Shown here piece after piece: positions 47,539 to 58,258 of a stretch of 64,000 bases of DNA. Position 1 is the first letter of the stretch, and each line of letters starts with the position of its first letter. The translations under genes and the position numbers were made by a program. Below the pieces are notes generated by a model, which worked only from the letters and a program-made list of their open reading frames with translations, was not told the DNA's origin and searched no databases. The DNA lies in assembly GCA_964035575.1 (NCBI GenBank), contig OZ037835.1, positions 1,550,001 through 1,614,000 on the forward strand, given 5' to 3'. Source of the DNA: Rhynchopus sp. YZ270_cl-10. Taxonomy: Eukaryota.

Positions 47539-49127
47539 CGCTGCAGAAGTTGGTGGTACCGGGGTTGAGAATCCCTTCACGCTGGCTGCGATGCAGTGAG
47601 GTAGAACAGTGCTCTTGTGTTTCTTCTGTTATCGGGTGTTGGTCTACGTTGGGTCGCGAGCACCCAGTGTTTTGTCTGAGAGGCAGTGTGACAGAGCGTT
47701 TTTTCGTGCGTTGTTCTGGTATCGGGTTGATCTGCTTTAGGTCGAGCACCCAGTTCTCGTGTGTTTCTTCTGTTTTCGGGTTTGGTCTACCTTGGGTCGC
47801 GAGCACCCTGTACACTGTCTCAGAGGCAGTGAGGTAGAAAGATTTCTGTGTTTTTTTGTTTTTTTCAGTATTTCCTTTTTAGTTTGCTTTTTATTCTATT
47901 TTTCTTTCTGTGTTTGCTTGGGTTTTCTATATGATACACAAACAGGATGGTATTTGTTTGGATTGATAGCAATTATTGCACGGAATACTTTACGTATACA
48001 CGGCAGCCATCAAGACCAAGACTCTTTAGGTTACTCTTCCTCCTGGTGCACAGACAGGACATATCCTTACTACTGTATGATTCTTAGGACTGAAACAGGG
48101 TTAATGTTAGAAACCAATCTACTGAAGTTTCAATTTGTGCATGAAGCATTTATTTTTCTTTTTCTACGTTTTGCAAAACATTCCAAAAAAAAGCAAGGCT
48201 ACACTTTTCGTACCCTCTTTGCCTTCTTTTCGTTTCGTTAAGAAAAAAAAGTATATGAAATGATGTTTTTTGGTTTCTGGTCTACTTTGGGTCACGAGCA
48301 CCCTGTACACTGCCTCAGAGGCAGTGAGGTAGAAAGTTTTCTGGGTTTTAGCTCTCTGGCTATACGAACGCAGGCCGGGAGTGCCTGGGGTTTGAGAAAG
48401 TCGATCCGCGAGTGATTGAAACAGGGACAAGAACGGTGCATCGAAATATCGGTGGAGTCTGCTCGTGTGTGAGTGGTACTGACGATTGCCGAAACATCGG
48501 CGGACATGTACATTGGTGTGAGTCGCGTGTGTTTGTGTGTTATTGACAGAGTGTCACTGATAGTGCCGAAATGTCGGCAGGGACCGAACGCTCGGTCGTG
48601 CACGCCTAAGGGGAAAGGCCGCGCTGGTGGGTAGTCGACCGTAACGGCTGAAAGAAAGGGGGGGGAATGAAATCATCAGCAAAGCTGAGGTGGCCAAGAT
48701 AGCGATCTTGTTTTTGGGTGTGTGCGTTTCACCACAACCTCTCCCTTTTTGTCTTTACTGTTTTTATTGCTTTATTGTTTGTGGGGGTGGGGGAAAAACA
48801 TAAAAAGGAAAAGCAGGAGTGCGGTTTCAATTTTTCCATGTAATGATAAAAAGGAAATTGAACACCGTACCCTACTCCCTTCTGTTCCCCCTACTCTGGG
48901 GCGGGTTCGATCAGAGCCACATTTCACTGACAGGTCGAGGTGTGTGTTTTACCGCAACCTCTTTTAGTCGCAGTTGTTTTCATTGCTTTATTGTTTGCGG
49001 GGGTGACGGAAAAACATAAAAAGGAAAAGTAGGAAGAGTGCGGTTTCAATTTCTTCACCATGTTCACCCACTGCAGCCCCAACTCACAACCCCACCACAC
49101 AACAGAGCAACACAAAGGGAAGACAAA

Positions 49128-49337
49128 ATGGAAGTAGTTATCAAGGACTGTGCAGACAACTCGTACGTGATTGAGGTGGGTGTGGATGACACAACGGAGA
49201 CGATGCGGCAGAAGGTGGCGTCTGCAGTGGGGTTGGCTGAGGACAGCTTCCACATGGGCTTCGGAGGGAAGGAGGAAGGAGACGACATCACGCAGCTGAG
49301 TGCTGGAGACGCAATCATCCTGACGAAAACTAAGAAG
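49128..49337 (+). pseudogene. Ubl-LRR gene copy 2, 5' part (Ubl domain), interrupted by the retrotransposon and in frame with its ORF1
   Basis: Near-identical to 44782-44991. Confidence 0.88.
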
Positions 49338-49420
49338 AGGGTGAGAGACGACGCGCCTCCACGGGGTACCCTCGGGAGACGCCCCCCTCCTCTATGGGGG
49401 GAGGCGTCTGCTAAAGCGCG
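49337..49420 (+). ncRNA. HDV-like self-cleaving ribozyme (predicted) at the element 5' end
   Basis: P1 GAGGGU/ACCCUC, P2 CG(A)CGC/GCGCG, P3 GCC/GGU, L3 UCCACGG, P1.1 CC/GG, P4 AGACGCC/GGCGUCU, J4/2 GCUAAA with C at 49411. Confidence 0.7.
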
Positions 49421-49457
49421 GGGAAGAAGGACGGCGGCGGGGGGCAGCCTCGACGCG

Positions 49458-52400
49458 ATGTGCGGAGGGGCAGGTGGCCAAGGGGGGGAAAAGGGGGTGC
49501 TGCAGAAATACCTGAGGGGCTTCGACATGCGGGTAAAGGACGCAGGGGGGAACGGAGACTGCCAATTTAAGGCGGTCTCGATGGCTGTGCACGGAGACGC
49601 CACGGCGCACGGGGGGCTGAGGGAGATGGCGGTGGGGGTGTTGGAACGGGAAGCGGAGAATTGGGGTGAGCACGTTGACGGAGGACCGTCCGCCTACCGG
49701 AGGTACTGCTCGGCGATGGCGAAGCAGGGGTCCTGGGGGGACCACCTGACCCTGAAGGCGTTGGCGGAGGTGCTGATGCGGGAGGTGTATGCCTTCTCGG
49801 TGAAGGATGGGGAGGTGCGTGTGCTGAAGGTGCACCCGAAGGAGAAGGGCAGCGGTGCAGCGGTGACGGTGGCGTACGTGGACGCATGCCACTACCTGTG
49901 CGTCCTCCCCACGAGCACGGGGGAAGAAGCCGCCGAAGACCGGGCCCGCAAGGCGATGGTGGGGGGTGCGTTGGAGGTGACGGAGAAGCCGTACACCGTG
50001 CCGCAACCGCGAAACGATGCGAAGGCGGGGACGGAGGGGGGCTTCACCCAGGGGGGAGGGAAAAAGAAGACGACGGCAGCGCTGACATTGCTGCAATCGG
50101 AGTGGGTGGGATCGACGCTTGTGCCGTGGGGGGAGGTGGTGGATAAGTCGGAGGGGGTCTGTCTTGTGCCGCAGGGTAGAGAGGTAGAGGCAGAGGGGAA
50201 GATCGCGCGCACGCCGGGCGTGACGTGGGTGGGTTTCGGGTCCTTCCCGAAGTCTGGTGGGGAGAAGATGCAGTGCCCCATGGGTAAGCAGGGGAATGGG
50301 GGGAAGGTGAACGGGGCGGCGAGCACGGCCGTGTACGTGGTGGGGAGGCTGAGGCCGGGGAGAGGAAACGGGGGGAAGAAGGCGTCGGCGGCCGTCCAAC
50401 TGGTGACGGTGTTTGTGACGATGAGGCCGACAGCAGGACAAGCGCAGGACCTGGTGTCAGCGGGGAAGAAGATGCGTGCGGAGGTGGGGTGCAACCTCAA
50501 CCGCCCACCATTGTGGCAGGAGGGTAAGCTGATCTCCTCGGTGGCCGACGTAAGGGAGGACGTAGCAGAGCGCTGCCTGAAGCAGAGTGGGAAGGGGGGT
50601 GTCTTCTTCCGGATGAGACGCGAGCAGTCGGAGCATCTGCCTGTCGTGTGGTTGGTGGACGGGGTGGGGCTAGAAGAGGCCCAGGGGCTGGCGACCCGGA
50701 TGGGGGGATGGGGAGTGGCGGCGAGGTACGAGTCCCTGGGGATACGGGTGAAGAAGGAGGATCAGGAGCGTGCAAATGCGGCACTCATGCAGGAGGGAAA
50801 GGCGCCCGAAGGTCGATACGTGGTGTCCGGTTTCCCGTCGGGTACGTCCGGTGAAGCGGTGATGGAGTCGCTGGCAGGCGCAGGGTGGACGGTGACGCCG
50901 CTGCGGAGGCTGGAGGGATGGCGTTGGGTGGTGGGAGCGAAGCTGGATCCGCCGACGTGGGCCATGGACATGGAGGGGAACGGGAAGGGGCTGCTGATCC
51001 GCAAGGATGGGCATAAGGAGGGCGGGGGTAGGGCAACGGCTCCGGGTCCGGGGGCGAAACAGAAGGCCAAGGTACATACCGCACATGCGTCTGGTCCGAC
51101 ATTTGGTGCCCGGACGGCGCCGGCGGCGACAGCGCAGCACAACCGTGGCACTGGGCCCGACTACGGTTGGGTGTCCTGGGCTGCGCACGCACGCCAAGCA
51201 GCAACAGCGCCAGCTGCAGCGAAGCCACCCACTACCACATCAAGGACACCTCCACCAACAACAACAACAACAACGAAGCAACGGACGCCGAAGGGTCAAC
51301 CCCCAATGACGTCGCCCGCCCCATCACCTGAGGACGCAGGCGAGAAGTGGGCGGAGTTGGAGCGCCGGATGGAGGAGAGGTTGGACCGCCTGGTGGGCGA
51401 GCGCCTCCAGACCCTGCTGCAGGAGACGGTGGCGTCGCTGACGGCCCAGTTGCGGGAAGAACGGGTGGAGCAACGGAAGAGCAGCAGGTGTGGATGGCGG
51501 CCATGCTGGAGCAAGTGGGCAAGCTCTGTTCCATGCCGAAGGAGGCCACGGCTGCTGCGAGAGAGGACGCCGCTGCTGCTGCTGCAGCCCTGAGGCAGGA
51601 GGAGGAGGAGGCGAAGGCCGCCGCCGCTGCAGCCCTGAGGCAGCGTGAGGAGGAGGCGAAGGCCGCTGCTGCTGCAGTCCTCAAGCAGCGTGAGGAAGAG
51701 GTGAAGGCCGCCGCTGCTGCAGCCCTGAGGCAGCGTGAGGAGGAGGCGAAGGCCGCCGCTGCTGCAGTCCTCAAGCAGCGTGAGGAGGAGGTGAAGGCCG
51801 CTGCTGCTGCAGCCCTGAGGCAGGAGGAGGAGGTCGCCGCTGCTGCAGCCCTCAAGCAGCGCGAGGAGGAGGTGAAGGCCGCTGCTGCTGCAGCCCTGAG
51901 GCAGCGTGAGGAGGAGGTGAAGGCCGCCGCTGCTGCAGTCCTCAAGCAGCGTGAGGAGGAGGTGAAGGCCGCTGCTGCTGCAGCCCTGAGGCAGGAGGAG
52001 GAGGTCGCCGCTGCTGCAGCCCTCAAGCAGCGCGAGGAGGAGGTGAAGGCCGCTGCTGCTGCAGCCCTCAAGCAGCGCGAGGAGGAGGAGAAGGCCGCCG
52101 CTGCTGCAGTCCTCAAGCAGCGTGAGGAAGCCGACGCTGCTGCTGCAATCCTCTGGCAGCAGGAGGAGGAAGCCGCCGCCGCCGCTGCTGCAGTTGCTGC
52201 TGAGAACGCCAGGCAGCGCGAGGGGGAGGCTGCTGCTACTACGGCCCCGACTGTCGCAGTGCCCACTGCAGCGCCCACAACACCCGAGATGCAGATGGCG
52301 GATGAATTGTTGGACACACTCCCAGACGGGATTGCCGAGGACGTGATGTCACCGGAGCCCGCAACGATGGCAGGTAAGCGGATACGTGCGGGAAATGGGT

Positions 52401-53212
52401 CCAGTGAGGTTGAGGAGCTGAGCCCGCGCCGCAGGAGGAGGAGGGCTGACACCATCCGTGGAAAGCCGGGGGTAGTCGTAGAAGTCGCCGAAGCACGGAA
52501 CCGGTCGCGGTCAGCACCACCCAGGGACACATCGCCGACTGCGGACGTTGCTGGCGCCGGTGATGTGGAGGTAGTGGTGGCGTCCCCGAAGAAGAAGAAG
52601 AAACGCAGGAACATTGTGGCCGCTGAGAAACGACGGGAGGCACTACGGGCAGCACAGGAAGAAGCGGCGGCAAAGAAGGAGAGACGTGCTGCAGCAGTGC
52701 AGGCACAACGTGAGCAGGAGCAAGGGGAGAACGCCGGCGCAGGGACCCCCGCACCCACGACACCAGACGCCGAGGCACGGATGGACGACGCCGACATGGC
52801 ACTGCCGGTGCAGACATCGCCAGACTGTGCGGCTGTCGAGGAGGACGCGGAGACCTCGCCAGCTCCCAGAGTGCCGGTGGCGCCACCTGCCGTGACCCTG
52901 GCGGGCAAGCGGGAAGACCGCAGTGAGTCCGGTGAGACGGTGGCGCTGCTGAGTCCGCCGCGCAGGATGCGGACGGAAGTCCCCGCAAAAGAGCAGGCGG
53001 AGGGGAACGAGAAGAACGAGGAGTCGTACGGGAACGCAGTGCTGGAGGCTGGCGACTCCATGGAGTACTGCGAGGAGGGAGGCAACGGCGCAGCCATCCC
53101 GGTGACTGTCGTGAAGGTAGCGGGGGACGTCATCGAGATCGCGTTTCGTCCCGTCCAGGGACTAGACAACAGGTTGGTAGGCCGCAACACCCTGCGCGAT
53201 GTGGGGCGGTGA
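49458..53212 (+). CDS. Retrotransposon ORF1: OTU-like cysteine protease, central domain, Ala/Glu-rich coiled-coil repeats (one frameshift at ~51478)
   Basis: GNGDCQFKAVS (Cys codon 49560), WGDHLTLKALA and CHY (His codon 49890); ORFs 49038-51593 and 51347-53212 join by a 1-nt shift; repeats AAAAALRQREEEVK. Confidence 0.75.
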
Positions 53213-53224
53213 CGGTGTGGTGCG

Positions 53225-56200
53225 GTGGAAGGGTACGGCACAGGATTGGCTTCTTCGTGCGTAGTTGGAGAACGAGACGTTTTTGTGAAAACTGTCTCCC
53301 CAACAAGGGGTCAGCATCGTTTGCGCTCTGCGGGCTGTATGCTGTCGGGGACAAGGGGTAAGGGTAGAACGCGAAGGGGGGTGGGGCGAGGGGTCGGACA
53401 CAGGGTGCGTCGAGGGAGGCGACGAGGGGCGTTTTTGGGCAGGGGGTCACTGCTGACATGTGGAGACGTGGAGGAGCATCCGGGTCCGTCGACCATGTCG
53501 CTTGGCACGGCAAACGTGACGTCTCTGAGGGCACACCCTGCGGTGGGGGAGTGGGATGTGGACGTTTGTGCTCTGCAGGAGGTGCGCCTCACAGAAGAAG
53601 AGATGAAGGGGGCAGCAAACGACGTGAAGGGGTATGGTGCCAAGCAGCTTCTCTTTGGTGCCCCTTGCAGACGAAGCCAGGGATCAGACCCTCTGCGCAC
53701 GCGCACGCAGAATGGTGGAGTTGCGATCATGACGTGCGCTGACATACCGACCAGAGCAGTACCGCCACAATGTGCCCAACAAGCGTGGAACGAATGCCGC
53801 TTTACGCATGCGCAGGTGGCATATGGGAGCGGGGGACGTAACATCTCTGTGTTCTCGTTTTATGGTGTGTGTGCCGACAGCGACCGCACGGAGCAACTCC
53901 TGACAGGCATCTTTGAAGAAGCAGCCAGCCTTGGGGACATACCGGTGTTCATTGCCGGAGACTTCAACGTAGAGGCTAACGAAAGTCTAGCCATTCGAGC
54001 GGCCATCTCCTCCGGCAAATGGGTTGATGCGGCAGATACCTACGCACAGCAGTTGGGTAAGGCAGCAGAGAACACATGCTATACCTCCACATCGTCTGGC
54101 AGACGTATCGACTTGGTGCTGGCGAACCACGTGGCTGCCCCTGCGATCTCCAAAGTGGTGGTCTGGAAAGAGAGCTGCCTCCCGGTACACAGACCGGTGG
54201 TGTTGACGTTAGACCTGACGCGATACGAGCAGAAGGCACCGCAGGCACGCCCTCCCCTTTCTTTGATCGGCGACGACTGGACGAAATGGCCGGCGAAGAA
54301 GGAGAAGGAGCTTGCAGCGAAGGTGATGCAGGAGAACGCTGCCCCTGAAGCCGACCTGACGAAGATGTCGGTTGAAGATCGCTGGGCACGCTTCTGCAAG
54401 ATTGCGGAGGACTACCTGCTGAAGAGAGGTGCTGCAGACTCAGACCCGAAGCAACAACGCCACAGGGGGAGAGGGGAGGTGCAACCCGACGTTCTCCGAC
54501 ATCGGACGGCCCGCATGGACTGCGACACGCCGGATGCTGTGAACCTGGAGACGGCTCAACTGCAGAAGACATGTCGTCAGATGGAGCAGCTCATTGGTGA
54601 TCGGAGGAAGCGCTTCGGTCAGCCATCTGCAGAATCGTTGAACGAACGGCAGCTGTGGGCGAAAATCCGCAAGAAGAAGCATCTACTGAAGAGTGACACC
54701 TGGGACCTCGACCTTCCTGGGATAGAGGCGTTGTGTGGGCTCCTTGGCTGCTTGAAGAAGAGGGGTTTTGTCCTGCTGGAGCAACGGCGTCGGGCCCGCA
54801 TCAAGGAATGGCGCCGCACAATGAAAGAACACATGAAGGAGAACCCAGCGAAGGTGTTCTCGTTCCTGCGGAAGGCTACGTCGTCACACACCACGTTCCT
54901 GAAACGGGAGGACGGCACGGTTACAGCTAACCTCCAGGAGATGGATGAACTGCTCATGGATGACCGTGCTTGGGGTGGGGTGTTCCGGATGTACGACGAT
55001 TCCGAAGAACCTGCGTGGACGACGTTCTTTGATAGGTTCAAGGAACACATTCCTGAAGGGACCCCTTGTGTATGCGAACCCCTGACCGCCGACGACCTCC
55101 GTACGACCATCGGCAAGATGAAGCGGAAAAAGGCGGCAGGCCTCGATGGGTGGAGGGTGGAGGAGCTGAAGGAACTGCCTTTGACACTGCTGGAGGAACT
55201 CGCGCGCTGCCTGAACCTGATCGAGGATACTGGGAACTGGCCCAGGGTGATTGCGAGGGCGTTGGTGGTGCTCATCCCCAAAGGAGAAGGCGAGGAGCCC
55301 CTGAAGCAGCGACCCATTACCATCACCAGTGTGATGTACAGGTTATGGGCGGCGACTCGACTCCGCAAAGTGGCGACGTGGCAGGAATCCTGGATTCACG
55401 AGCGGCAACACGGCTTCCGGAACAAACACGGAACCGAAGACCTGCTGTGGTTTCTCTGTGCGAAGATGGAGGAGGCTCTGACACACCTATCTATCTAGCC
55501 TCCTTCGACTATCAGAAGTGCTTTGACCGTGTTCCCCAAGAGATCATGTTCCAGCTCGTCGAACGGTTGGGTCTTCCCGACAACATGATGCGCCCCATCC
55601 GGGGTATATACAAGAAGCTGGGGAGGCGTTTCAAACTTCCGGCAGGTCTTGGCAAAGAATGGTTTGCGACGAATGGTATCCTCCAAGGATGCCCACTGAG
55701 CGTAATCTTCCTGAATGCGCTGGTGGCGGTGTGGATGAACGGGGTGGAGAAGGAAACGGGCACGCAGGGGCTGGCGTATGCTGACGACACCAACCTCCTG
55801 ACGAAGACCCTCGACCAGCTGCGAGCGGGTGTCGCCTTCACCGGACACTTTGCAGACTTGACGGGACAACGCGTCCACGCGGGGAAGAGCACGTGGCAGA
55901 GCAACCGTCCTGATGAAGAGGAAACTGTGCAGATGAACGGCGCGGATCTTACTCGCGTCGAGAAGTCGGAGTGCCTGGGGGCGACGGTGCAGGCCCGACA
56001 GGCTGGGACGCCCACGCTCCCGACGAAGCTGGAAGACACCATCGACGCATGCGGACCGCTAGCAGGTAAGGTGGGATGCCTCCCGCTGACTCAAGGTGAG
56101 AAAGCAGGCATCATGCAGGCTGCAGTGATGTCGAAATCTGTGTACGGTATCACGGTGCAGGACCCACCTGGGAAATACGTGAACAGTCTTGCAACTGCAG

Positions 56201-58212
56201 TGGAGAAAGGGGTCCACGGCGTGAACAAGATGAACCGAAGAAGCGTACCGGTCATGCTGAATGTCTTCGAGAAAGGCCATCTGCTCGACCCCTCGGTGGC
56301 ATTCGACTACAGAAGGATCATGACGTGGGCGGCGATGATACGCAAATCGGATGAGATCTGTTTGCTGGTCGAAAAGTGCAGGTCACGTGCGAAAGCGAAG
56401 CAGGCGAAGACTGGAGGACCCATCGGGTTGATTGCGCGAGCCCTCAGCCGCCTTGCGTGGTCATGGATAGACACGACAAAAGTGAAAACGCACGATGGGA
56501 GCATCGTTGATGTGAAGACAGTAAGCTTGGGTAGACTGGGCCACGTTGTGCGAGAACGGATGTTCTTCATTCGACTCTCCCGTACGAAGACGACTGCGAA
56601 GGCCAATGGCAAAGGCAGAGCTAACCTGAAGGGTATTGAAGCGGGGGTGGATAAGGAGAAAACCCTTGCTCTCACCCGAAGCAAAACTTTGACGGATTAC
56701 GAGGCGGGGACGCTACGACACATTGTAGCTGACGGTGCGATAACGGGGGTGCGACTTGCGAGAGCGCGCATACGGGACTCGGCCATCTGCGTGCACTGCG
56801 AAGCGGGGGTGGACGAAAATCACAAACACTTGTGGTGGGAATGTGAAGCATGGAGTAGCATTCGTGCGGAGTACCCCTTGCTGTTGGACATTGACAGATC
56901 GACCTGGCCAAACTGTCTCGCTATCTGCGGCATGTGCACACCGGACACACCTTTGGAATGCGCCCGTGTTGCAGACCTGCAGAAGATGATGGTGCGCATC
57001 CTCATCGCACGCTCCAAGTGGAGCAGACCGGAAGCGACGAACCCGCGACTGCAAGAAGACCGATACCCGTGGACGTGGGCGCCGGAGTTGGACACGACGA
57101 CGCAACACGCGAACAGTTTGGTGGACTACACCCCCCTGAAAAGGAGGTGGCCGTATGGACGTGCGCTGCTGCTGGCGTTTGCCTCCTGGCTGGGTGGTTT
57201 ACAATGGAGCGACGAAGCTGGACGTGAAGTCTCCCACATGGAGCTGCTCATCGACTTCGAGGTTGCCACAGGGATGGACATCCGACCTGGGGACAAGACC
57301 GGCAGAATAGCGCCGAAGCTGAAGCAGCCGAGGGATGGGACTGGGGAAGAAGTCAACAATGGGGGGGAAGACGACGGGAGTGAGGAAGACGACGATGATG
57401 ACGACGTGGTGCCAGTAGCGCTGGCCCACAGAGAAATGGCGAAGACGACCACCTTTGGGCATATGTTGGCTTCACTCAGAACCTTTTCGGAGAGCTCTCT
57501 CCATCCGGGGAAGGTGAAGGTAACGCATGTTCTCGCTTCGTTTGGGGCGAACGCCATCACAGGCATCGACCGCCGTCCTATCTTTGCCGGCGGAGAAGAA
57601 ACGTTGAAGGCATTGCGTGCGCTATACGATGCTGGTGTGGCGTACCGTCTGCAACGCAGCTCCGAAGGCATGTCTGAGGCGGAGCTCCGTGGTGGCGATA
57701 GAGCGAGAGGTACATGGATGGGGGAGTATTCTGCTGAGACGGCGTACCCCTCCACAGAAGTTAGGGGCAGGAGGGCACTACCATTCATCCAGCGGGCTGA
57801 ACAGGAGACATCTGCGCATGCTCGCTACCGGCACCATGAGCACGTGCGTCCAGGGGACGCACCCGTGAAGGCACCTGAAGGAGCGGTTCCGATCTTCCAG
57901 TTTGCGATATGTGTGCTGCACCGGAAGACGAAGTGTGATGCCTGCTCGAAGAACGCCCAGGCAGACCTGATGCATTGCTGCTTTGCGCACCACTCCAACG
58001 ACGACGGGTTACCGATCCGACACGAAGCATGCACTAAGCATAGACTCTCGAGGTGCGGGAACTGTGTGCAAGAGAAGAGTACGCTGGATCACTGCTGCCG
58101 CCGCCACCACGACACCTCGAAGGGGCGACAGACGACGCTGGGAGGCTTCTTCAAGAAGAAGCAGACGAAGCAGAAGGATGGGCACAGCAGGGGCGGTGAT
58201 GGACTTATGTAA
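53225..58212 (+). CDS. Retrotransposon pol: 2A peptide, AP endonuclease, reverse transcriptase, CCHC knuckle, C-terminal Cys/His repeats (frameshift at ~55485)
   Basis: APE: TANVTSL, ALQEVR, AGDFN, RIDLVL, HRPV. RT: QHGFR, FDYQKCFDRV, GILQGCPLS, YADD (55777-55788). C-x2-C-x9-H-x4-C at 56788-56844. Confidence 0.9.
53438..53488 (+). other. 2A/StopGo-like peptide GRGSLLTCGDVEEHPGP
   Basis: 16 of 17 residues match T2A (EGRGSLLTCGDVEENPGP); lies directly before the APE domain. Confidence 0.8.
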
Positions 58213-58258
58213 CATCACCCCCACGATGTATTGTATCACCTATCTCGGATAGGGGTGC

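Noticed and set aside
51232..53241. 669-aa minus-strand ORF and other long antisense ORFs over the ankyrin and retroelement genes
   Set aside because: Shadow frames of GC-rich or repetitive plus-strand coding sequence.
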